From NCBI GenBank assembly GCA_001662655.1, contig KV460259.1: a stretch of 64,000 nucleotides of DNA; one strand, given 5' to 3'. Below the pieces are notes generated by a model, which saw nothing but the letters and a program-made list of their open reading frames with translations, searched no databases and was not told where the DNA came from. Positions 12,785 to 24,697 of the stretch are shown in pieces (position 1 is the first letter of the stretch; each line of letters begins with the position of its first letter). A program made the translations under genes and the position numbers. The DNA is from Pseudogymnoascus verrucosus (Eukaryota).

Positions 12785-15700
12785 ATGTCTGTATTCAAGG
12801 CAGAGCTCCCGCGGCGGGGGCCAGACTTCAAGCCTCCTCCACCTGTAAGATTTGAACATTACAGTGCAGAGTATGCCTTTAAACTAACAATATGTTAATC
12901 AAGGTGAAAGTTGTTTTCTCAAAGGTGTTTCCCGCCGACTTTGAGCCGATACTACGCGAACACATAACCCGACCTTACCAACTTGATGACGAACATTCCC
13001 AAGAGGCATGGAGGCGACTTCCAGAGATTCCCTCTGGCACAGAGATAAACCCTGACTCTACACATGGCGCCACCCATACAGAAGCTCTGCCAGAGAATAT
13101 TATGAATGGCCCATGGGGGAGCAAAGAGGCCTATATCGGCTCTCAGTATCAACTCCTCCGCTACGATGCCATATATCCATTACTGGATTCTGTTCGTTCT
13201 TACAAGGAAAACCCAGGGACATCTGACCTTCAAACCACCTCTATTTATACAAATGTGAGATGCCTTTAGTTTTTTAGAGTCAAGCTTATGATGGACAGGT
13301 CTTCATTGTGGGGTATACCTTTGCAAATTTGGGTGCTGCAGCCCGAATCGAGTTCTCGACGGAGCGTGCTGGTAAGCGTATTCGCTGGCCGCAATCTAGT
13401 CGCCTGCAGCAAGGTACCATGGTCGCCCTCAGTCCAGTGCATGACAAATTCAAAACTATTTGCAAGGTTGCAATTGTTGCTGCTCGTCCACTGGCGGCAG
13501 TAGAACAGGATCCGCCGCAGATTGACATATTCTGGGCCAGCATCGAGGAATCCGAGTTTGATCCAACAGAGGAGTATGTGATGGTCGAGGCAAAATCTGG
13601 ATATTTTGAAGCTAGTAGGCATATGCTTGTTGCAATGCAAAAGTTGATGTCAGAGACGTAAGTGCCTACCTTTTATTCACGAGCGTATTTCTAACCAATA
13701 TAGTTTTCCCATGGCAGAACATTTGATAGAACTGAGAAGGACAGTGGGCCCACCTGGGGACGTCCAAGAACAACCCCGTATGAACCTGAGTGCACTACTA
13801 CCTAGTGAAGCAACCTGCGAAATACTCACGCCTGGATACTGTGATACGGATGTGCTTCAAGACGTCGATATTTTGGGTCCGTGGCCTGCTCTCGAGGGTT
13901 CACAATTAGACGCCTCTCAAATGGCCGCTGTGCGTAGAATTCTCTGCAAGAAGGTGGCAATAATACAGGGTCCTCCTGGAACAGGTACGCAAATTCTCAG
14001 AAGTTAATCAATTAATACGAAACTAATAATTATACCTCATACAGGAAAAACATTCGTGTCTATAACGGCATTGAAGATCATGCTCAACAACTGGGTAGTT
14101 GGTGATCCTCCAATTTTGGTGTCTGCTCAAACAAATCATGCAATTGACCAGCTACTAAATTTGATTGAGCCTTTTGAGCCCAACTTTCTTCGCCTCGGAG
14201 GAAGATTTAGTGAATCCAACGACGTCATCCAATTGAGGACGCTGTATAGGCTTCGAGGCCAACTCGCAATCGGGATAACCGGTAGTGCCGGCAAGATAAG
14301 AATTGCCCAGGATGCTCTTAAACGCATTTCAGAGGAAATTATCCATGACATCCAAGATATGAATGATCAAGGCCCTGAAGAAGGCAGCGTTTTCCTCAAG
14401 TTAAATCTCATAACCCAAGAGCAGTACGACTCACTTAATGATGATGATTGGGTGGACGCGGGGGCTGATGCTGGCGGCCTTCTCTATTCTTGGCTTGGTC
14501 TCGATCAACAGCTACTGCCCAAGCGATGCCCTCTTAGCAACAACGGATTTGAAGACGATGAGGATGAGGATGACTACGAATATGAAACCCTCAACGAGGC
14601 AGAACTTGAGGCAAGAAAGTCAAAGGACGAAGACGATATTGAGGCGCTAAAAGGCAAATATGTGCCATATCGAAGAGAGTTCATTGGCAGGAACAGCAGA
14701 GCGCGCTCAAATATGCAAGCCGAGGCAATTCTCCGCACGACACCAAATCTTTGGGACATTGACGAAGAGGATCGCGGCGCAATTTACCAATACCTGAAGG
14801 ATGCCGCCACCAAGGAATATCTGGCTAGTTTTCGAAGACATTTGACTGATTATTCGAGGGCGATGGATCGTCTCAAGCTTGCAAGATGGCAGGGTGATGC
14901 TACTTTCATTAGAAAAACAGGCATTAAGCTTATTGGGTGCACCACAACCGGTCTTTCCAAATATCGAGGACTGATCGCATGTCTGAAGCCGCGCACTCTA
15001 CTCATCGAAGAGGCGGCCGAGACTTTGGAGGGAACCATTCTGGCTGCCATGTTTGAGAGTTTAGATCACCTTATCCTCGTCGGTGACCATCAACAACTCC
15101 AAGCCCATTGCAACGTTTCGCATCTCGAGGGACATCCCTACAATCTCAGCGTATCGCTGTTTGAGCGGTTGGTAAATAACGGCGTTGAGTTCACTATGCT
15201 TAACAAACAGCGTCGAATGATTCCGGGCCTACGAGAGCTTTTGAGCCCAATATACGAAGGCTTGGAAGATCACCCTTCGGTTCTTGATCGGCGTGTTCGC
15301 CAACCAATCCCTGGAATGGGTGGTCGAGACTCATACTTTTTTCACCATTCTTGGCTAGAGAGCAGAGATGACGCACAAAGCACGTACAATATCGAAGAAG
15401 CAAATATGATTGTCGCATTCTTTAACTATCTGGTGTTGAATGGCATCGAGGACTCGAAAATTACGGTTTTGACATTTTACAATGGCCAACGCAAGCGACT
15501 TCTCACTCTACTGAAGAGAGTTCCAAACCTCGCAACTCGCGGGCCCTTCAATGTATTCACTGTTGACTCCTATCAAGGTGAGGAGAATGACGTTGTATTG
15601 CTGTCACTAGTCCGTAGTAATGCGCATGGGACCATTGGGTTCCTCGAGAATAAGAACCGCGCCGTTGTGGCTCTATCTCGTGCACGACGTGGCATGTATA

Positions 15701-17360
15701 TCTTTGGCAACTGTATCAACCTTCTTCGTTCAGAAGCCGAAAGCTACGACCTTTGGCTTTCTGCCATGAAGACTATGAAATCGCAAGGGCGCTTTGATAT
15801 CACTTCTGGTTTTCCTATGGTGTGCTCTTCTCATTCCACTGAAACGGTGGTCGAGTCTGCAGTGGAGTTGGATAATTTGACTGGTGGCTGCGGCATCAAA
15901 TGTAACGGCGTTATGCCTTGTGGTCATAAGTGCCGATATAACTGTCATTCGTGAGTTATCCCCAATATTATTGCTATCATAATGCTAACTACTCTAGCTT
16001 CGCGCACGAGGATCTAGTTTGCAAGGAGCCCTGCACAAAGGCAATGAATTGCACTGCCGCTCACGCCTGTAGCATGCGTTGCTCTGACCCATGCGCTTGC
16101 CCTTGTGAACAGGCGAGTCATGTTGCTGCTACTGACAGTCGCTCACTACCCGCATCACCTGCTGTTGCCGACGATTCTGTTGCGCCTACTTTGTATCCAG
16201 CAGTTCATTCTCTCGAGTCAGAGTTGGCAGAAAATGTAGAGATATTTGACGCGGCCGCTTGGCGGGAATGGGATGCCCCAGCATCTGATTTCAATGCCAG
16301 ACAATCTACTAGACCTCCTCCAAGCAAGAAGGCCCTTGTTATTCGAGATCGCCATCGACCCGTGGACCTTTCAAATGGTGCTAGGCAAACAGGGCGGCCC
16401 AATGCTCCTATATTGCACAGCCCCCCAGATATCTCAATTCAGGTAGAACAACAACGATCGCCGCGCGGATCTCCTCAACCACCCCAAAGTAGTGCAAAGG
16501 GCTTTGTTCACCAACCCAATGAGAATTTATCCGCTGCGCCACCAAGATCTAGCCCAAATCTAGACACTTATGCTGCGATCGCCCGGGCACCCAGCGTCCC
16601 ACATAGAAGTGACGATTCGACTAAAGTCGTTGCATCAGCACAAATGAATAACAATGGACAAGGTACCAAGAAGGCTTCCACAAAGAGTCCATTGGTCTCT
16701 AGGCCAGGCCGTTCCAACAGTCGGGGTCCTCTCGCGACCAATACCACTAAGCCTAGTGCTTCAACGAAAATGGTGACCACGACAGGACCTGCTTCTGCCG
16801 CTCATGGGAAACTTTTTGTTTCGGGAGTCGCGGAAGCTGAATCCACTGCATCTCTGAAACGTCTTTTCATGCAATATGGTACTGTTTTGGAAGCTGTCGT
16901 CAAGGACGGTGCAGCAATTGCAACGGCTACCAATCCTAACAGATTTGGTTTTGTCACCATGGCTTCCTCAGCGCAAGCCGATACTGCAATATCAAAGCTA
17001 CATGGAACACGTCGACACGGTCAATCTTTAAACGTCCAGAAAGCTTGGCCGAATCCTCATCCGAGCAACGCTGGCCCGAGCAATCCACAGGAGTATTCAA
17101 CCCCAGTATCGAAGAGCAAGGAAAACAATCCCAGCTCAATGGCCCAACCTAAGAAAGATGTCCCTGGATTGAGGACTCAGCCCGAGGAGTTGGACCAAGT
17201 GCTAACGGAGCCCCACTTCTCCCTAAATGATACGAACGTTGAACATACCCCATCCCTGACCAATGGGCCTTCAGATAACAATGGAGGGGCTATTACTGTC
17301 ATCACTGAAAAACAAGAAGTGGTAGAAACTCAAGAAGACGATTTGATCAGTTTTGATTAA
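12785..17360 (+). CDS. sad-3/hrr1: Upf1-like SF1 RNA helicase of the Hrr1/SAD-3/ZNFX1 family with NF-X1-type Zn fingers and a C-terminal RRM (about 6 exons)
   Basis: Walker A QGPPGTG|KT split by an intron (about 13985-14044). Motifs IEEAAE, LVGDHQQL, SLFERL, TVDSYQGEE and VALSRAR. N-terminal RIRWPQSSRLQQGTMVALS signature. Cys/His fingers at about 15880-16110. Confidence 0.88.
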
Positions 17361-17990
17361 GTAGTCGGAAGTGACGGAGCCAACGGCTTCATCATATCAG
17401 GGAGCCAGCAATTTGCTCACAGTGCCAAATTCAAGAAGCATATTGTTCGTGGCCAAGCAAGGCATCAACTGGCTGACCTTATTGGAGTTTCAGGGGTATG
17501 AAAAGTGAAAGCCAACGTGTTACCTAATGGTCGGTCTATTAACCTATTTCTTGCTTTCCTCGGAATCTTGGAAATCTTGGAGCTATGCGCATCGTAGACC
17601 AAAGTAGATGGGTAGAGACATTTGGAATACCATAGGAAAATAAAATGCATGTGAAGCCTCATACGATAGTTTCATTCGCGTGAAGGTGTACAAGGGGAAT
17701 CTTCTATGTCGTCGAGTATGGGAACTGTAGATATCTCGTATGTGCATAGTTTCTTCACGCCATTGTATATTTGTAGATTTATAGATTTATAGATTTGTGG
17801 ATATCTCTTATACCTACCTCGCCGAGTACGATTAGAAGAAAACCCTCTCCCTCCCTTCCCAATGCAATATAACCTTACAGCCCGAATGCCTCTTACCCTT
17901 CCTACCTGTATTAACGTATCATACAAACCCAACCGCTCCCAAACGCTAACATTTACAACCGTTCTACTTCCTTTACACCCGCGAATCCCC

Positions 17991-19277
17991 TCAAGGCCAC
18001 AAACAACTAGCAAACTGATCATCCCCCTTCTTCCCATAAATCCGACTCAGCGAATCCCGCATCACCTCCCCCTCCATCCCCTCGCCCCCCTCCCTCCTCC
18101 ACTTCCCCCCTCTTCCCAGCGCTACGCTCCATCCGAAGGCATCACCCCCTACACTCATGAACTGGCTCGCCCTCCCCAAGACAAGGTAATCTATCAGCGC
18201 CTGCTGCTCCGGCGATAACGCTTGTAATGCCGGCACATCCGATGCTGGGAGGAGCTTGAATTTCGTGGCTACGAATATTCCGAGTTTGGAGGCGTCGGCG
18301 GCGAGTCCCTCACCACTAGACGGGTCGGTGGAGGCGAGGTAGAGCACTTTGAGATCGGTAGCGAGGGTTTCGTTGAGTATGCGCTGTGCGAGCGTCGTAG
18401 GTGGATGGTTTGTGTCTGCCGCTGCGTCGTTGGAGCCTAGATATGCTCCTACATAGGCATTTTTTGCTATCGCACTCGAGTCCGCCACGTCGATGTTGTG
18501 CTTGCGAATCAGGGCGTGAAAGATCGACGTAGCGAGTATCCGCGCCTCCGGCTGGACCTTCAGGAACATCCCAAATTCATGCGCGAGTTCTTCGTCGCTG
18601 GAGACGGGGTATACAGGGGGGGAGCGCGCGAGGTTAACGACTGTGAGGCCGCTGGTGGGCTCGCGGGTGGTGGTCTGGTTGTCTAGCCAGTTGTGGAATT
18701 CGCCGCCCCAGGACTCTGGACGCGGGATGCCGGATGAGAGGAACGGGGACTGGAGGTCTTCTGGTCGCAGGGACAAGGGGTCGTGTTTCCATGCTCGGGG
18801 GGGGACGTCGCCGACGTGTTTGTAGGTGTTGAGTTGGGGACAGGAGAGGTGGATGGACATGAGGAAGTGTTGGAGGTCGAACATGGAACTGAAGTCTGTC
18901 CGTTGGGTCGCGGAGTCGACTGAGGAGGTCTCGCTGGTGTTGGAGACGATGATGCGTGGGGTGACGAGGCGCCCACCTGCGGCGATGGTGAATCGCAGGC
19001 AGTTTAAGATCGAGTTCTTGACATCTGCGACACTGCCTGAATTGTTGTCGCATGTGAAAATCAACTCGTCGTTCCATTCTACTGCGTCGCATATGTCCCT
19101 GAGCGCAGTGGACTGGACAAATCCGTAGTCGAAGATATCTTTATTCTCTTTGTGCTGAGAGTGAAGGGAAGATAGAATGTCCTTGTGCCCAGGGCTGCCG
19201 AGGAATACCCACGTCCATTCGAGGAAAAGGACGGCGCCAGCAAGCGTAACATACCGGCGATTGGGAGTCAGGAACAT
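17991..19277 (-). CDS. Type II membrane O-fucosyltransferase-like (GT-B) fungal protein, divergent
   Basis: Single exon; N-terminal TM (VTLAGAVLFLEWTWVFL). Motifs C..VEWNDELIFTC, NSILNCLRF.IAAGG.LV.P, FDLQHF, LYLAS, TKF.LL and EQQALIDYLVL.RAS.F. Confidence 0.65.
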   Translation of the reverse strand: MFLTPNRRYVTLAGAVLFLEWTWVFLGSPGHKDILSSLHSQHKENKDIFDYGFVQSTALRDICDAVEWNDELIFTCDNNSGSVADVKNSILNCLRFTIAAGGRLVTPRIIVSNTSETSSVDSATQRTDFSSMFDLQHFLMSIHLSCPQLNTYKHVGDVPPRAWKHDPLSLRPEDLQSPFLSSGIPRPESWGGEFHNWLDNQTTTREPTSGLTVVNLARSPPVYPVSSDEELAHEFGMFLKVQPEARILATSIFHALIRKHNIDVADSSAIAKNAYVGAYLGSNDAAADTNHPPTTLAQRILNETLATDLKVLYLASTDPSSGEGLAADASKLGIFVATKFKLLPASDVPALQALSPEQQALIDYLVLGRASQFMSVGGDAFGWSVALGRGGKWRREGGEGMEGEVMRDSLSRIYGKKGDDQFASCLWP

Positions 19278-19721
19278 GGCGGCGGCGCCGACGACTCTGG
19301 GCAAGAACAAATAGCTGGGCGACCAGGCAGCTGATAACGATCACAACGAAAGAAAAATTGGCGGTTAAATAAGGACAGTAGGTTCCATGTTCTTGGAGTT
19401 GGAGGATGGCTATTTGGGCAGTAGAGTTGCAATCAGGGGTGGGAAGGAAGCAGTGGGAGCAGTGGGAGTAGAGAGGGAGCAGTGGGAGCAAAAGGGTCAC
19501 GATAACTGGCAAGCCGTTTTCGATCGATAATAAACGGCGCATGTTGATACCTTCTGGCTGCGCCACGCCGTGCCGTTCTTGTGCCTGAGTACGGATCCGT
19601 CCAGGCCCAGTCCGATACGAAACGCTAATCTATTTAGGACGAAAGATTCCCCCTAAGATCGTCCAACCCCACATATATTGAAGCTTGATTGTTATACAGA
19701 TGTCTTGGCATTTAACCAGCG

Positions 19722-20090
19722 CGATTTATTTCGATTTATTTCGATTTATTTAGGGCCAATAAACGGCGCGGAAGAATAAAATCCCCTGGAATTCCCTGCA
19801 ATCGCCTGAATATCCCTTGCATCCCTTGCATTTATTGATCTTCTTGCTTACTAATCACATACTAACCACATACTAACCACATACTAACAACACCTACCCA
19901 TGTACAGTAAAGAAGGGAATACGAGTTATGGTACTGTTTTTAGCCCTGGCATCTTCCGAACCCGTATATTTTAACTTGGCATCCGAACCCGTATATTTTA
20001 ACTTGGCAGCCTATATCAACCTCTAATATAGTGTAGCAGTATAGTATCATCTAGTATAGTATAGTATCGTCTTAGTATCATCTCATCGTC
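19722..20090. repeat. Cluster of short tandem duplications in an AT-rich intergenic region
   Basis: (CGATTTATTT)x3 at 19722-19751; ACTAA(C/T)CACAT units at about 19849-19888; 27-bp tandem TCCGAACCCGTATATTTTAACTTGGCA x2 at 19955-20008; TAGTA runs. Confidence 0.8.
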
Positions 20091-20266
20091 AACCTAAAGC
20101 ATGCTAAAACATGACAGTCATGCTTTTAAATATTAATCCTGGAGAACATCGAATATCGCCTAGATCGCAAACATGGGTATGGGTATACATTGTAATGTAC
20201 AAGACTGCCATGCCGGCGATATAAGCCTGCGACCTCATCCTACGTCTACTATCTATCCTTCCTTTA

Positions 20267-21791
20267 CTATCTATAGGTCGCGAACCCCTTTTCCTCCTCT
20301 ATCCTTGACTCTACGTACTCTACAATATCCTTTCCGTACATATCATCCACATTCTTTCCTCCGAGCACCACCTCCCGTTCATGCACCTTCGCCTCCTCCT
20401 TCGTCATGCACACAAGCTCTCCCAACCGTAGGCGGCTACTCTTCTGCCCCTCTCCTTCCTTTATCGTCTTTCCCTCAGGGGCCTGCCACCTTACGAGCGC
20501 CAGCCTTGTCGGCACCCCACTAACCACGCTACGACCTCGGTATACCTCCTCGACTAAGTATCCCACATCTACGGCCGTCAGCGGTAACTTGAGGCCCTTC
20601 ACGTCTTCAGCACCCCAACCCATAGTAGCTCTAGCAACCTTCTCCTCACTGCCCTGTACCTGCGCCAGGATAGTCTCGTACAGTTTATCTCTCCCCTTCG
20701 TCTCAACATTATCCGTAGGGTACCCTGCTAGTTTCAAAATAACGTAGTTTGCCGCTGCACAACCAAACACCGCTGGCATCGTGCCGAGCACAGGTAATAT
20801 CCTGACTCGGAAATCGGCCATAGGCGCCAGCTCCCCGACTTTTCCCTTCGCAAACTCCTCTTCGGAGAGGGGAAGTAGCTGTGCCTTTCCTGTGCCTGGC
20901 TTCTCCGTCGAGAACACAACGGGGATCCCGCTTGCAATGCCTCGTAGACGCAGTCGGCGGCGTGTAGAGCGCGACAGCGGATCCTCAGTTGATGCACTGA
21001 TATCCCCGACAAATATCCTTGTCGGGTCGCTCTTGCACCCCGCGCCCATGGAGCTAACCACCTGTATCCCATTCTCGTGGCAGTAAGCCAGTAGCCCGAC
21101 CTTCGAGTCGATATTATCAATCGCATCCACCACGAACTCCGCATCCTTGAGTAGCCTACTCGCATCCTTCTCGCTGAACATCTCATTCCGGCAATCGAAA
21201 TCCACCCAAGGTGTCACAGCCCGCAGCCTCCGACGCAAGCACTCCACCTTCGGTGTCCCAACATCCGCCAGTGTAGCTACCGCGTGCCGGTTCAGCGACG
21301 ACAGAGACACCATGTCGAAGTCGATAAGGCGGATATGCGAGGCCCCCGACCGCGCAAGCGCAGCAGCGCAGTGCGACCCAACACCGCCGCAGCCTACAAC
21401 CACAATCTTCGCATTTCGAAGGGCAGCAAGGCCAGAATCGGAAAGAAAAACGCGGTTGCGCGCCAATTGCTCGAGAATGAGTTCTACTTGTCCGTTAGTC
21501 GCAGCTACGTCAGATCTAGGTACAGTGAGGCCTACCGTCATCGTACTCTCCCCTTATCGCCCGCGCAGCAAGCTCGGCGCTCCTCTCATCTTCTTTACTC
21601 CACTGTGGCGTCGGCGCGACGAGATCAGGTAGTTCCTCCCCCGTCAGCGGCGGAATCGAGTGTTTCAGGTCGTCGACCCTGCGTTCCCTCCGCAGGCGCT
21701 GGAAGGCAAGTATAGAAGTCGCGACGAGGGCACCAGATACCAGGGCTGTCGCGGCGAGGTGCGCGGCATGGTGGGAGGATGTCGGGGTCAT
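20267..21791 (-). CDS. TCD1/TCD2: tRNA threonylcarbamoyladenosine dehydratase (ThiF/E1-like), 2 exons
   Basis: N-terminal TM anchor, then EQLARNRVFL, GCGGVGS, SSLNRHA, DAIDN, SSMGAGCKSDPTR and RILPVLGTMP. Intron about 21487-21537. Confidence 0.92.
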
Positions 21792-22267
21792 GGTGGGGTG
21801 AGGGGCGCGGTGGGCGCAATGTCAATGTCAATGTCGTGCAAGGTCGATTTGCGCTGCTTGATTGCTTTGCTTGGTATCGGTGCGATTAGAAGACGATTAC
21901 CTCTGAACTTTTTTTTAGCGAGGCTGGGGAGTTCGGGGCTTGGCACACGCACTTGGTGTGGGGGCCTACTTACAGTAGTGCCCGCTGGTTAAACTGTCAG
22001 AAAGTGTGGGGAAATCCCTGATGTCTACACTGGTAGATCTATAATTCCTATAAGACAAGTTCTCACCCTATACTATACATATTGATCCAATATTATGTTT
22101 GGATAAATCAAACAGAATCAAAACACCAAATCTCAGCGGGAAAATAGGAACCTTTGAAACCTCCGCCATATCTCATCACTTCGGCGATTCATTTTGGTAA
22201 GCCGGGTTTTATACAACATATCAATTCATCCATGGCCCCATCCCGTTTATTATACCCGACGATGCCG

Positions 22268-22449
22268 AAACATCATTTTCGGTCCGGGAATAAGGAAACA
22301 GAAACCTTGCTGCTGAATAAATCTTGGTCAGATCCGGGCTCCCATCACATCTCTGCCTCAACTCAAACGCCGCTTCAAGTTCTCCCGAATAAAGGCGCAA
22401 CTCCCGGCTATGGTAAACATCATTTTCGGTCCGGGAATAAAGAAACAGA
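22268..22449. repeat. 35-bp dispersed direct repeat (1 mismatch), 147 bp apart
   Basis: AAACATCATTTTCGGTCCGGGAATAA(G/A)GAAACAGA at 22268-22302 and 22415-22449. Confidence 0.9.
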
Positions 22450-22937
22450 TAATTCACTAGTTTCTATTGTTCAAAAATTACAAGTTCATCCTATTGGTTA
22501 ATATGAACGTAGCCGGTAACCTAGGCTATAGATCTGGGATGTAAGATCATCTGATTAGCTCTCAGATTCCGGAAGGATTCATCCGTCTGCAAGTATAACA
22601 TTAGCCCGGTATATTCATGGTTCCGAGTCGGGAAATAAATAAACTTAACTGCTAGACTAACTCCCTATTCGGGGCACTGCAAAATTATATATATTAAACG
22701 TCATCTACGAATGACCACGGTGCAGCTTCCCACGCGTTTAACCCACAGGGAAAGGCCAGTATGCGCGCTGACATGCGCAGATACCCCACAGTTGGTTGAT
22801 CGGGATGGCTAAGTTATTAGTGCTCTGACTTGGGCTTTAAAAAGTAATGACTTCCAGGTCTCAAAGCTCAATTGTCCCCAAATCGACGGCCTCCATCGCC
22901 AACAGAGATCAGTATCACTCATATGTTCGTCAACATC

Positions 22938-24340
22938 ATGTATTCTCTTATAGTTCTCATGAGCTTAGCTCATCTAATATCTGCCCTTCCCGGAGGAGTT
23001 CAGATAATGGAAGCTCCTCTTGCCAGAAAGGACGCAGCTCCTGTAAAGAGAGATGATGTTTGTGGGCGGGACTGGAAGTCAGAATGCTTCCTGGGCACCT
23101 GGAGTGCCGGACCTGGTGCGTTATTCCCATTAAATATCTTGCCAAATGCTATAGGCTGCTAACAAGTGCTAGAATGTACGGAAACAGCTTGGATTTCAAC
23201 GATAGTCAGCCAGCTAGTGAATCCGTAAGCTTCCCTATATTCATATATTCTATTTATGAGAGTTTCTAACCGCACTGTTTAGACCAGCCACAGAAACAGC
23301 GTATACCCCAACCGCATACTGCTCTGAGGTCTTGCAACAGACTTCTACTTCCACAATTCGCGTCACATATTCAGCAACTAGCACGATTTCGCAGAATACA
23401 TATATCTACAACTATGTAACCAAAACCGACCACGAGTAAGTATCAAATCTACCAGCTTCCACAGAAAGTTTCCCTATAAATACTAACAGAGACAAAAGCC
23501 ACCCTACATCCACCGTCTGGTGCCCAAAGCCATCGCAGAGCCAGGTCTGTGGTATTGAATTTCACGGCACAATCTACGCGACCGACATGCAGCCAATATG
23601 GCCCCAAGATACCATCAGATTCGTCGACGTCAATACTTGCCACCAGAGATGCCTAAGCGACCCCGCGTGTCACAGCTTTCTCATTCAACGTTCTAGCAGC
23701 GGTGGCGATATCATCGACTGTTCCCTCTTCGGCGCGAATCTAGGCATCAATGGCACTCGCGCCGAGCATCCCCCTACACCCTTAGCCACACCCAGTGGGA
23801 AGGGCTGGTACGATCGCAACTGTCCCGAGTTCTTACCCGTAAGTCTTATGGTTCTCTTTCCAATACGCCACTTCACCCCGTGTTATATGAAACAAGCCTC
23901 TAACTATACCGTCCTAGACCGAGTGTGGGCCCCAACAGCAATCCCTCGCCCCCCGAACCGAGGCACCCAAACCTCGCGACCCCATGATAACTGCCGCGCC
24001 GGTGCCTCCGGCCGTAGACAACGCCGCAGCGCTCGAAAAGCGCTATATCTCACACTTCCCCGATTATCTGAGTTCGGACTTTGCGTGGGCGGGCGGGTAT
24101 TTCCTCACGTGGGGGTGCTCGTGTCTCATTACTTCTGCGTTGCCGGAGACGACGTCGACGTCGACGGTTTCGATTCCGGTCTGGCTTGGGACTGTGGTAT
24201 GTTGTATTGTTTGTTTAGGTGTTGTTGTATGATGATGAATGGGGGCTAATACTGTGTAGAGTACGACGAGTACCCATTATCAAGAGTATACGGTAACTGT
24301 GACGGCGCGGACTACGACGGTTTATCCAAGTATTGATTAA
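22938..24340 (+). CDS. Secreted Cys/Thr-rich protein with a PAN/apple-like domain (6 exons)
   Basis: Signal peptide MYSLIVLMSLAHLISA-LP. Five canonical introns keep the frame open. Contains CHQRCLSDPACHSF...DCSLF...WYDRNC. Last exon STTSTHYQEYTVTVTARTTTVYPSID*. Confidence 0.75.
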
Positions 24341-24697
24341 AAGGATGGAATTGTGGAACAGGAGTGTGAGTTGGGTGGGGTTGATAGAATGGAATGCAGC
24401 AGGAGAATTAGTCGTAAGTGTTGACAGTATTACTTTATACTTGTCGAGTGTTGGAAAGAGGTTTTGAAACGACTTCACAAAAAGGGCAAAGCTTTATTTG
24501 GAAGACATAGAAACTTTGGAAGTATGCTTCAATATGCTACTGTTGTGTTCTGTACTGACCATCGGCCACTGTCTGCCGATTCCCTCAAGCCCCAAGCCTA
24601 CTCATTCCTCCTTCACGCCTAAACTAAAATATATGCATCCATATTCCTTCCAGTCCTATTCAACCGTAAAATCATTCAACGACATCAATATCATCCC

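Noticed and set aside
22268..22449. Repeat-spacer-repeat as a possible CRISPR
   Set aside because: Only two copies, a 112-bp spacer, eukaryotic context and no cas genes.
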